Source: an uncultured Clostridium sp. (GTDB taxonomy: Bacteria > Bacillota > Clostridia > TANB77 > CAG-508). From it: a stretch of DNA of 64,000 bases. The notes beneath the pieces were generated by a model that was not told the DNA's origin, did not search any database, and worked only from the letters and a program-made list of their open reading frames with translations. Below are positions 49,559 through 58,636 of the stretch, one piece after another. The stretch's first letter is position 1, and the number at the start of each line of letters is the position of its first letter. Location: assembly GCA_947368535.1 (NCBI GenBank), contig CANBHY010000004.1, positions 90,242 through 154,241 of the forward strand. The letters run 5' to 3'. A program made the translations under genes and the position numbers.

Positions 49559-51382
49559 TTACGCTTTGCTTGCATTTCTAGCAGCTCTTTCTCTTTCCTT
49601 TGAGTCTAAGATTTTCTTTCTTAGTCTTACGTTTTGTGGAGTTATTTCTACTAGTTCATCATCTTCTATAAATTCAATAGCTTTTTCTAAGCTTAGTTGA
49701 ATTGGTGGAACTAATCTTAATGCATCATCTGAACCAGATGCTCTTGTGTTTGTTAAGTGTTTTTCTTTACATACATTTATTGCTAGATCTTCTGATCTTG
49801 AATTAATTCCAACTATCATTCCTTCATATACTTCTACACCTGGTCCTATAAATAAATCGCCTTTATCTTGAGCATTATATAATCCATATGTTATTGATTT
49901 TCCTGCTTCAAATGCTACAATTGTTCCTCTAACTCTTGATATAACTTCACCTTTGAATGGTTCATATGAATCAAATATACTGTTCATTGTTCCATTTCCT
50001 TTTGTGTCTGTTAAAAATTCTGTTCTATATCCTATAAGACCTCTTGCTGGTATCTTGAATTCTACTTTTGTATGTCCTGCTTCAGCTGGCTCCATATTAA
50101 CCATTTCGCCTTTTCTTCTACCTAATTTTTCAATAACTGTTCCTATGCAGTCATCTGGAACATTTATTACTAGTCTTTCAATTGGCTCACATTTTACGCC
50201 ATCTATTTCTTTTATAATAACTTTTGGTCTTGATACTAATAATTCAAAACCTTCTCTTCTCATTGTTTCAATTAAAACTGATAGATGTAATTCTCCTCTT
50301 CCTGAAACTTCAAATGAATCTGGTGAATCAGTTTCAGTAACTCTTAGAGAAACATTTCTATCTAATTCTTTTAATAATCTATCACGAATATGTCTAGAGG
50401 TTATAAATTGTCCTTCACGTCCTGCTAAAGGTCCGTTGTTAACACTAAATGTCATTGATACTGTAGGTTCGTCAATATCTACAAATGGAATTTTTTCTGG
50501 ATGCTCATAATCACAGATTGTTTCTCCTATATTGATATCTGCAATACCTGACATACATATAATATCTCCAGCTCCAGTTTCTTCAACTTCTACTCTTTTT
50601 AATCCATCATATGTATATAGTTTAGTAACTCTTGCTGTTTCTGTTTTATCTTCTTTTTTACAGATTGTAACTGGCATTCCTAATTTTACAATTCCTCTTT
50701 CAACTCTACCAACTGCAATTCTACCAATATATTCATCATAATCAATATTTGATACTAGCATTTGCATTGGTCCATCTTGATCACAGTTTGGAGCTTTTAT
50801 TGTATTTACTATAGTTTCAAATAAACATTCTAAATTTTCTCCTGGTTTATTTAAATCTAATGTTGCTGTACCTTGTTTTCCTGAAGCATATACAACTGGA
50901 AAATCAAGTTGGTCGTCATTTGCATCTAATTCAATAAATAAATCTAGTACTTCATCAACTACTTTTTCTGGTCTTGCACCTGGTCTATCTATTTTGTTAA
51001 TAACAACTATTGGTTTTAAATTTAATGCTAATGATTTTTTTAAAACTTCTCTAGTTTGTGGCATTGCACCCTCAAATGCATCTACTAATAATACAACTCC
51101 GTCGACCATTTTTAAAACACGTTCAACTTCTCCACCAAAATCTGCGTGACCTGGTGTATCAACAATATTGATTTTTAAATCTTTATAGTGAACGGCTGTA
51201 TTTTTTGAAAGTATTGTTATTCCTCTTTCTTTTTCTAGATCATTTGAATCCATTACTCTTTCTTGAACTTGTTCATTATCTCTGAATATTCCACTTTGTC
51301 TTAACATTGCATCTACTAATGTTGTTTTTCCATGGTCTACGTGAGCAATGATTGCTACGTTTCTTAATTTCTCATTAATCAT
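49559..51382 (-). CDS. typA: Translational GTPase TypA/BipA.
   Basis: AHVDHGKTT and DTPGHADF G-motifs, 607 aa. Confidence 0.95.
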   Translation of the reverse strand: MINEKLRNVAIIAHVDHGKTTLVDAMLRQSGIFRDNEQVQERVMDSNDLEKERGITILSKNTAVHYKDLKINIVDTPGHADFGGEVERVLKMVDGVVLLVDAFEGAMPQTREVLKKSLALNLKPIVVINKIDRPGARPEKVVDEVLDLFIELDANDDQLDFPVVYASGKQGTATLDLNKPGENLECLFETIVNTIKAPNCDQDGPMQMLVSNIDYDEYIGRIAVGRVERGIVKLGMPVTICKKEDKTETARVTKLYTYDGLKRVEVEETGAGDIICMSGIADINIGETICDYEHPEKIPFVDIDEPTVSMTFSVNNGPLAGREGQFITSRHIRDRLLKELDRNVSLRVTETDSPDSFEVSGRGELHLSVLIETMRREGFELLVSRPKVIIKEIDGVKCEPIERLVINVPDDCIGTVIEKLGRRKGEMVNMEPAEAGHTKVEFKIPARGLIGYRTEFLTDTKGNGTMNSIFDSYEPFKGEVISRVRGTIVAFEAGKSITYGLYNAQDKGDLFIGPGVEVYEGMIVGINSRSEDLAINVCKEKHLTNTRASGSDDALRLVPPIQLSLEKAIEFIEDDELVEITPQNVRLRKKILDSKERERAARNASKA

Positions 51383-51411
51383 TTTAATAACCCCTATCTA
51401 ATTTTACACGT

Positions 51412-51440
51412 GTATAGGGCGTAGATACTACGCCCTATTT
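51412..51440. other. GC-rich hairpin in the typA upstream region, downstream of the vWA gene. Function ambiguous.
   Basis: Stem tagggcgtag / tacgcccta with a 4-nt loop and only a weak T-tract. Confidence 0.3.
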
Positions 51441-51489
51441 AAAAACTGTTTAATATTATATTACTTTTAGTTTATTTTGTCAATTTTAG

Positions 51490-53503
51490 TTATTCTACAT
51501 ATAGTGTTATTTTTTTGTCATTATATGCATTTAACTCGTCTGGATTACTTCCGAATAGCTGTTGCCATGTGTTTTCTAATTTTATTGCTCCGTCTTGATA
51601 TATACTATCAAGAGGTTTTACTCCACCTGAATTATTTCCTGATTTATCGAATGTTATTGTAATAGGTGATTTGTCTTTACCTTTTAATTCTAGTACAATT
51701 TGATATACACCATCTTGTTTATATTCTTGTATATTTCCATCTTCTCCTACGTATTGAAGTGAGTGTGATTGGCTAGTATTTGTTTGCACTTGTGTCTTCT
51801 GTATTACGTCTGCAAGTATTTCTGCGAAATTTGCTGCTAATGCTTTTTCATCACCAGCTACATAGAATTTTGTGAAATATTCTTTACCATTGTTGTCCCT
51901 ATCTGTAAAATCTCCTCTTAATTGGTCTATACTTAATCCAGCCCCATAAGCTATTGGATAAAATCCTACTTCTTTCTCTTCAAAGCTTTTCTCCATAATT
52001 TCTTTTGAAATTAAGTGTGTCCTTGTTATTCTTGGATTTTTTTGTGATATAACAGAATATTTTTTATAGTCTGATAAAATCGCACTATTGGCGTAGTCCC
52101 CATCAGTTAAAAGTATTACATCTTTTGGAAGTTTATTTGTTCCTAGTGAATCCTTAACTGTTGCTAATGCGTCTATTGTTGGTGTTCCCGGACCTAATAT
52201 TGCTTTTTCACATCCATTATAATGTTCAACAGTTCCGTCTGAATTTGTAAAACTAAATTTTTGTTCCCAAAAGCTGTCTAACATCATTGAATTATTTTTA
52301 TCCCCCTGAAACACACCACAATCTATTCTATATCCATTTTTACTATCTATGTTATTTTTTTCATATTCTGAAGGTGGTACATAATAAACTGCAAAATCTG
52401 CATAGATTCCATGATATTTTCCCCATGATTCATTTACATCTTTTTTAGCATATAAGTCCTGCATTTGTGTCATTGTTTCGGTATGATTTTTTGTCTCTTG
52501 ATAGTTTTTATAGTACTGTTGAATTAAATATTTACAAGTATACATAAATTGCTCTTTTGAACATATGTTAGCATATGATGCTTTTGCTGTAGCTGCATCT
52601 GTATAGCTTTTTCCTCCGTAGTTTTTCTATACTAATGTTGTCTGCTGAGGATCCGTAGTATGTATATATTGTTAATATTCTGTTTCCAGAAGATCCTTCA
52701 AAATATGTATCACAAAAAATATCTGCTGCTTTTAATATTCCTGCCCATCTAGTTTTATTCCATGTCATTTCCCAATCAATTCCATTTGGATCTACTTCTC
52801 TATATATGTTTCCATCAGAATCATATGGTCTTACTGGGTTTGCATTAACATCTTGAGGTGCAACCATTGATGGTGATCTATCTAGAATGAATATAACTTC
52901 TTGTTTAGGTTCTTGTTTTTTTTGGTTTACTTGTAGTGTTAGTGTTTGTTGAGTAAATTCACCTACATATATATCATTTTCTATATTTCCGAAGTTTACT
53001 AATTTTCCATAAGTTGTATTATTTTTTAAATATGCTGCATTTAAGTCGTTATCTACAACATAAATTCCTTTATCTTGTATTTCTTTTATATCTCTATATG
53101 AAAATGTATTTAGTTTTTCCAAATTTTCATATACGTTTTCGTCTAATCCTAAAGTTTCTGCTACTTTGATGTCTTCGTTTTCAAAATTAACATAGTATAT
53201 TGTTTTGTCATCTTTAGTGCTTTCAGAATCATTTCCTGTTAATGTTATTTGCTTTAATATTCCTTCATCTATTAAGTCTTGTATAGTTTTTTGTGATGAT
53301 GAATATGGGTCTGTACTTTTTAAAGTATAAGCTTTAATTGTATCATCTAATGCTTCTACTTTACTCATAATTTTAGCTCTACCAGCATTGCCAAATATTC
53401 CTGTATTTCCTAATATGTATGTTATTACTACCCCTGCTAATATAAGCATTATTATTATTGATATTACTAATACAAGTAATGTGATTCCTCTTTCGTTTCT
53501 CAT
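51490..53503 (-). CDS. Prepilin-like N-terminus plus a von Willebrand factor A (vWA) domain protein, a single gene split by a +1 frameshift near 52560-52575. The track shows it as 52568-53503 and 51490-52545.
   Basis: N-terminus MRNERGITLLVLVISIIIMLILAGVV. MIDAS motif ILDRSPSM in the upstream ORF and the vWA motif LLTDGDYANS in the downstream ORF. The downstream frame continues without a stop across the junction. Confidence 0.65.
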
Positions 53504-53597
53504 ATTTTTCTCCTTTTAACATATATTTTTATTATACTTATAAAAAATTGCCTTTTCAATAATATAATCTATTTGTAATACATTTATAATATTTAGG

Positions 53598-53634
53598 CAA
53601 AAAACGTATCTATATTGAATAGATACGTTTTTTC
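53598..53634 (-). terminator. Rho-independent terminator after the HTH-CYTH gene.
   Basis: Stem aaaacgtatctat / tagatacgtttt plus a T-run. Confidence 0.7.
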
Positions 53635-54425
53635 TATTTACTATTTATTTTATCATACATTAAATATGAATATCCCTTTAAGTTTCTTTTAGTAATATCT
53701 AGTCCTATTTCTTTTATAAAATTTAATAGTAATTGGTTAGCTTCTTTTATTGGTATATTTTTATCATATATTTCTATTTCTACAAAATATCCTAATTCTT
53801 CTACTTTATCTAATGAAATTTCAAAAATGTTTTTATAAATATAGCTGTCTCGTTGTTTTTTTACCTCACATATTTTGCTTACTCTTATTCCATTTAATAT
53901 ATTGATTGTTGCTTCTAGGTTTGATACTTCTGTTTCATATTCAGTTATATGTATATCTGACTCTTCTTTTCCAAAATATATTTTTTTATAACATAATATA
54001 TATTTTCCTTTTTGAACTCTTATTCGTATACATTCGTCGTCAATTTTTCCACCAAAAAATTTTGGATTTTCTGGTGAAAAGTATATATCATATTGCTCTT
54101 TATGATGATGTATGCATTTTTCTTTATTTAAATAATCTAATAAAAATTTATATTTTTCATATTCTGTTTCTATCTTTACTTCTATTTCTATACTATCTTT
54201 GTTTTTTTTCCCTGTTATTCTTTCTCCTTGTAGTAGCTCATTTACTGTAATATCTAGTGCATCGCTTATTTCTGTAAATAGTGATAAATCAGGCATATAT
54301 TTTCCTGTTTCCCATCTAGATATAGTTTTACTTGTTACGTTTAAAATGTCTGCTAGTTCTTTTTGTTTCATATTTTTATCTTTGCGTACTTGTCCAATAA
54401 ATTTTCCTATTTTACTTTGCTCCAT
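53634..54425 (-). CDS. XRE-family HTH fused to a CYTH (CyaB/ThTPase-like) domain, a putative regulator.
   Basis: N-terminus MKQKELADILNVTSKTISRWETGK. CYTH signatures SIEIEVK (ExExK), IRIRV, EYETEV and LGYFVEIEIY. Confidence 0.6.
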   Translation of the reverse strand: MEQSKIGKFIGQVRKDKNMKQKELADILNVTSKTISRWETGKYMPDLSLFTEISDALDITVNELLQGERITGKKNKDSIEIEVKIETEYEKYKFLLDYLNKEKCIHHHKEQYDIYFSPENPKFFGGKIDDECIRIRVQKGKYILCYKKIYFGKEESDIHITEYETEVSNLEATINILNGIRVSKICEVKKQRDSYIYKNIFEISLDKVEELGYFVEIEIYDKNIPIKEANQLLLNFIKEIGLDITKRNLKGYSYLMYDKINSK

Positions 54426-54502
54426 TTTATTGCGCCTCCTTATCTGATTTTAATATGCTTTTTATATAAAAGTAAATACCATAAATAGCGATTTTTAAAA
54501 AA

Positions 54503-54538
54503 ATAACTTGAAGATACTTTAAAGTATCTTCAAGTTAT
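54503..54538 (-). terminator. Rho-independent terminator after the small membrane protein gene.
   Basis: 16-bp stem aacttgaagatacttt / aaagtatcttcaagtt followed by a T-run on the minus strand. Confidence 0.65.
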
Positions 54539-54738
54539 TAAGAGTTATTTATTATTTTTTCTATTAAGGCAATTACATTTTCCATGGGTATATATATTAA
54601 ACATAATGCTATTATTTCAAATATTACTGCTATGACAACAGATATTATTTCTACATCATCTTTCCTTGCTACTATTATTGTTATCGAAAGCAATGTTACT
54701 AATATTATTCCTATTATTTTCAAAATAAGTATTTCCAT
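54538..54738 (-). CDS. Small two-TM membrane protein (66 aa).
   Basis: Two hydrophobic helices. Last gene of the sortase operon. Confidence 0.4.
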   Translation of the reverse strand: MEILILKIIGIILVTLLSITIIVARKDDVEIISVVIAVIFEIIALCLIYIPMENVIALIEKIINNS

Positions 54739-54746
54739 TTTTTCCC

Positions 54747-55886
54747 CTATCCGTGTTTTCCTCTACTTCTTGTTCTGCGTGGTCTTGAGATAGTTGATTC
54801 TTTAGTTTCTTTTTCTTCTATTTCTTTTTTTACTTTTTGTTCTTTTTCTGGTTTGTTTTTTGGTTCTTTATTATATTTTTTCTTTTCTTTTTTTACTATC
54901 TCTTTCTTTTTTTGTTGCTCTTCGTACATTTTATTGTAATTATGGTTATAACTTTCATTACTTTCTTGTCCGAAGATTTGTTTATATACTATTGGTTCTG
55001 TTTTTTGCTGATTACTAGGCGTTGTTTTTTTTTCTTTGTTTTTTGATCTATGACTATGATATTTTAATCCATGCATTACATTTCCAAAAACTATTAATAC
55101 TATTCCTGTTGCAATATAAATATATCCAAATTTTAATACTTGTTCTACTAAGCCTAATAGGTATTCTCTTAAGGTTATTGTTATCGCATCATTTAAAATA
55201 GTAAAATATTCTATATATATTTCTTTTTTTATATATGAATGTATTACTTTACATCCTATTCCTGCGCTTAAAAATGGTATTCCTAAAAATCCTATATTTT
55301 TAAATATCTTTTTAAAGTTTATTATGACTATAAGTACTCCTGAAATCACTGCAACTACTATTGTTATCTTTTCTGCTTTTTTTACTATGTTTTCTGCTTT
55401 TGAATAATATTTATAAATTTCGTTTTTATATACTGTTTTGCTCAAAGTGTCTTCATACTGTGTTGTAATTTGATTTACAAATATTTCTATAGCTTCTTGT
55501 ATTTCTGGTGTTATACTTCTTCCTTCTAAGCTCGCTTTTATATTGTTATTTAGTCTTTCTTCAATTTGTTCTGTGTTGATTTCTTCTATTATTCCACTAT
55601 ATATTCCTGTTATCATTTTTTTAGTGTCCTGTTTTACTTCGTCTAATGTTACTACATCTTCTATAACATCTTCGTCAAGTCCTGATTGATATATATAGTT
55701 TCTAAAATCAGACTTTATTTGAGTATATATATTTCCATAATAATTTGTTTCTTCTAATTTTTGTAATGTATATCCTTGATTAAATATTGTCTTTGATAAT
55801 ATGTTTAGAATTGAAAATCCTAATAATGATATAAAAAGTGCAACAATTAATATGCTTTTTATTATTATTTCTATTATTTTTTTCAT
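54747..55886 (-). CDS. Hypothetical membrane protein (379 aa) with a Lys/Glu-rich C-terminal tail.
   Basis: N-terminal TM helix, a central pair of TM helices, and a basic low-complexity tail. Confidence 0.5.
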   Translation of the reverse strand: MKKIIEIIIKSILIVALFISLLGFSILNILSKTIFNQGYTLQKLEETNYYGNIYTQIKSDFRNYIYQSGLDEDVIEDVVTLDEVKQDTKKMITGIYSGIIEEINTEQIEERLNNNIKASLEGRSITPEIQEAIEIFVNQITTQYEDTLSKTVYKNEIYKYYSKAENIVKKAEKITIVVAVISGVLIVIINFKKIFKNIGFLGIPFLSAGIGCKVIHSYIKKEIYIEYFTILNDAITITLREYLLGLVEQVLKFGYIYIATGIVLIVFGNVMHGLKYHSHRSKNKEKKTTPSNQQKTEPIVYKQIFGQESNESYNHNYNKMYEEQQKKKEIVKKEKKKYNKEPKNKPEKEQKVKKEIEEKETKESTISRPRRTRSRGKHG

Positions 55887-55907
55887 GTATTTTTCCCCCT
55901 TTTAACT

Positions 55908-56537
55908 CTATCTTGGTTTTGCATATACTACATATCTTTGAGTGGTATAACCAATATTGTTAAATGGGTAACATGTGTAGCACATTAATATTTCTTCGTT
56001 TTTTTGAATTGGTAATTTGTCTAGTTCGGTTTCTTCTATTAGTTGCATATCATATATTTTATAATCATATGTGCCATATGAAGTTGTTACTGTTATGATG
56101 TCATCAATTTCTAACTCTGAAAAACGTCTAAACATTTTTTCAGCATTATGCGCCATATAGATTATTGACCCACCTTCTCCTGGGAAGAAACTAGCACTAT
56201 CATGTCCTACTCCATTTTGTAGTAAATCTAGTGTTGTTCCAAAAAACACTGGCAAATTAACTTCTATTTTTGGAATTTCAATTGTCGCATATTGTGCTCC
56301 ATATTCAGGATAATTTTGGATTACATTCGTATCTAAATCGATTGTCATTATTTCTGGTTTAGATTTATTTTTTTGCACTGCAATTTTATTAACTAACGAA
56401 ACGTTTAAATCGATTTGTCGCCCTAAAAATATACGTATTAATCCAAAGAATGCTATTACGACTAAAAAAGCAACTATTATGTTTCTAATAGTTGCTTTAA
56501 TTGCATGTTTCAAATAATGTTCCTTATTATCTAGCAA
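55908..56537 (-). CDS. Sortase family transpeptidase (209 aa).
   Basis: N-terminal TM anchor. Active-site His context IYMAHNAEKMF, TLxTC-like Cys in LMCYTCYP, and conserved Arg in QRYVVY. Overlaps the upstream substrate gene by 11 nt. Confidence 0.7.
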   Translation of the reverse strand: MLDNKEHYLKHAIKATIRNIIVAFLVVIAFFGLIRIFLGRQIDLNVSLVNKIAVQKNKSKPEIMTIDLDTNVIQNYPEYGAQYATIEIPKIEVNLPVFFGTTLDLLQNGVGHDSASFFPGEGGSIIYMAHNAEKMFRRFSELEIDDIITVTTSYGTYDYKIYDMQLIEETELDKLPIQKNEEILMCYTCYPFNNIGYTTQRYVVYAKPR

Positions 56538-57117
56538 CAGCTGATCTTTTTTTGATTACAACTGCAGCTAAGGCGATTACTGCAACTGAAGATACAGCTA
56601 TAACTGCTATATTTGATTTATTTCCTGTATATGATAATTTTCCATTATTGTTTGTTATTACTAATACTTTTTTACCATCTTTATAGATATCAACAGCTTT
56701 TGATCTAAATACTAATGAAATTCCTACCTCACTAGCAGCTTCATTTGCTATTGTTTTTAATTGCTCTTTTTGAGCTTTTGTTAATTTGTTATAGTCTGTT
56801 GCTCCTGCTGCTGTCATAACTTTTTCTGCTTCTTTTGTTTTTGCAAGTAGTTTTTCAACTTGTGCATTTGTTAATCCGTTTCTGTCAATGAAGTTTTGTA
56901 ATTCTTGTTTGTCTTTTGCTGTCATTCCATATTTTTTTCCTATTTCATAAATTTCATCTACTGTATCTGCTGAACTTTCTTCTTTTTTTGTTGATGTAGT
57001 AGTTGTTGTATTTGATGATTTATTTTTTGTAGATTTTTTTGTTGCTGCATTTACATTTACTGATAAAATTCCCATAAATACTACTAATAATGTAGCTATT
57101 GTTAATAATTTTTTCAT
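56527..57117 (-). CDS. Putative sortase substrate: signal peptide, T/S/K-rich linker, helical domain, and a C-terminal sorting signal with a non-canonical LSYTG motif.
   Basis: C-terminus ...NNNGKLSYTGNKSNIAVIAVSSVAVIALAAVVIKKRSAVAR, that is motif, hydrophobic stretch, then basic tail. Confidence 0.55.
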   Translation of the reverse strand: MKKLLTIATLLVVFMGILSVNVNAATKKSTKNKSSNTTTTTSTKKEESSADTVDEIYEIGKKYGMTAKDKQELQNFIDRNGLTNAQVEKLLAKTKEAEKVMTAAGATDYNKLTKAQKEQLKTIANEAASEVGISLVFRSKAVDIYKDGKKVLVITNNNGKLSYTGNKSNIAVIAVSSVAVIALAAVVIKKRSAVAR

Positions 57118-57202
57118 TATTTTTCTCCTTTTAACTTATAATTTCAATAATAATATATTTTAATTATACAATATACAATTTATTAATGCAATACTTTTTG
57201 TC

Positions 57203-58624
57203 CTATTTTATTTCTAATATTCCCCATTTTCCATTTTTCATTGCAAAAGCCTTTCTATTATGTACGCTTCTAATTTCTTCATATTTTGCTTCTACAACTT
57301 CTTTTCCATTTTCATCTATTATTCCTGACAAAGTTTGTTTTGATAATGTTGATATTTCATTTCCTTCTGTGTCATATACTTCTGATGTTGAATATTGAGA
57401 TTTTATTTCTTTTTCTATTACTGCATATCCTTCTGAAAATTCATATGCTTCATCATAATCACAATTTATTTTTAATTTTCCTGTAGCTAAATCAAAATAT
57501 CCTTTTGTTGTGATCTTTGATTTTGAAAAATCTATTGAAAAATTTTCTGGCATGTTAATGCTTGTAGCTGCTATTCCATCAGTTGTTACTAATTCTATGT
57601 CTGTGCATACTTTTAGGCCTGTTTTTGTAGAATCTTCTTTTATTTTTGTGCATTTTTGATCTGCTGAATTATAATATATATTGTCTCTGTGATGTTCATA
57701 AAAATATGTTCCTTCATCTTTTTTAGCTATTGTTCTAACTTCTTCTTGTTTTTGGTATTCTTTATCTACCTTGAAAAATTTATCATCTTCTTGTACTACA
57801 ATTCCAGTTTGTTTTTCATTTTCGCTTTTGTCTAAATCATAGTATTCTGTATATAGTATTTGTGTATATGTTGGTTCTACAACTATTTTTCCTGTATTGT
57901 TTTCTATTATTCCTGCTTTATCATTTTTTATAATAACAGATACTTCTTTAGTTAAGTCTTTAATATCTGTAGCTTCTATCGTTGGATCTACGCTCCAATT
58001 TTCTTCTTTGTTAACTTTACTTTGTTCAGAAGAATCTTTTTCTTCATCTTTTACTTCTTTATATAGTTGTATAACATTTTTTAATTTGCTCTCAAATTCT
58101 TCAACTTCTTTTTGTGCAAATTCTGGTAACATTTCTTGTGTATAGCAATAATATACTCCACCTATAATAAGTGCTGCTACAATTATCATAAATATTATTT
58201 TGTTTAATATTCTTTGAAAAATATTTTTCTTTATTTTTACTTTTTGTTTTTTCTTTTTTTCTGATTTGCTTTTGACATCTTCTTGTTTTTTTATTTTAAA
58301 ATCGGATGTATTATCTGTACTATCTTTCTCTATTTTGGGGGCTTCATCAATAATTTCAAGTTCTATACCTTCTTCTTTTGCTTGACGAATTGCTGCTTGT
58401 TTTTCAGCTTCTTTTATTTCTTGTTCTTTCTTTAACTGCTCTTGTTTTCTAATTTCTTCTAATCTTTTTTTGTCTTCCGCAGCTTTTCTTTTCTTTTCGG
58501 CTTCTTCTTGTTTTTTTGCTTCTTCATCTGCTATACGTTTTTTCTCTTCTTCAATATTTGCTCCACATTTTGTACAGAATTTGATTCCGTCTATAATTTC
58601 TTCATTACACTTTGGGCATTTCAT
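57203..58624 (-). CDS. Zinc-ribbon bitopic membrane protein with a coiled-coil/KE-rich cytoplasmic region and C-terminal WG-containing (KWG-type) repeats.
   Basis: CPKCNEEIIDGIKFCTKCGA. TM helix IIFMIIVAALIIGGVYYCY. Repeats ending FSEGYAVIEKE and AFAMKNGKWGILEIK. Confidence 0.55.
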   Translation of the reverse strand: MKCPKCNEEIIDGIKFCTKCGANIEEEKKRIADEEAKKQEEAEKKRKAAEDKKRLEEIRKQEQLKKEQEIKEAEKQAAIRQAKEEGIELEIIDEAPKIEKDSTDNTSDFKIKKQEDVKSKSEKKKKQKVKIKKNIFQRILNKIIFMIIVAALIIGGVYYCYTQEMLPEFAQKEVEEFESKLKNVIQLYKEVKDEEKDSSEQSKVNKEENWSVDPTIEATDIKDLTKEVSVIIKNDKAGIIENNTGKIVVEPTYTQILYTEYYDLDKSENEKQTGIVVQEDDKFFKVDKEYQKQEEVRTIAKKDEGTYFYEHHRDNIYYNSADQKCTKIKEDSTKTGLKVCTDIELVTTDGIAATSINMPENFSIDFSKSKITTKGYFDLATGKLKINCDYDEAYEFSEGYAVIEKEIKSQYSTSEVYDTEGNEISTLSKQTLSGIIDENGKEVVEAKYEEIRSVHNRKAFAMKNGKWGILEIK

Positions 58625-58636
58625 TTCTTGTCCCCC

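Noticed and set aside
51412-51440. GC-rich hairpin upstream of typA as a riboswitch or T-box.
   Set aside because: It is a single short stem with no conserved riboswitch core sequences. It is more likely a terminator remnant or leader stem, so it is listed as a low-confidence feature only.
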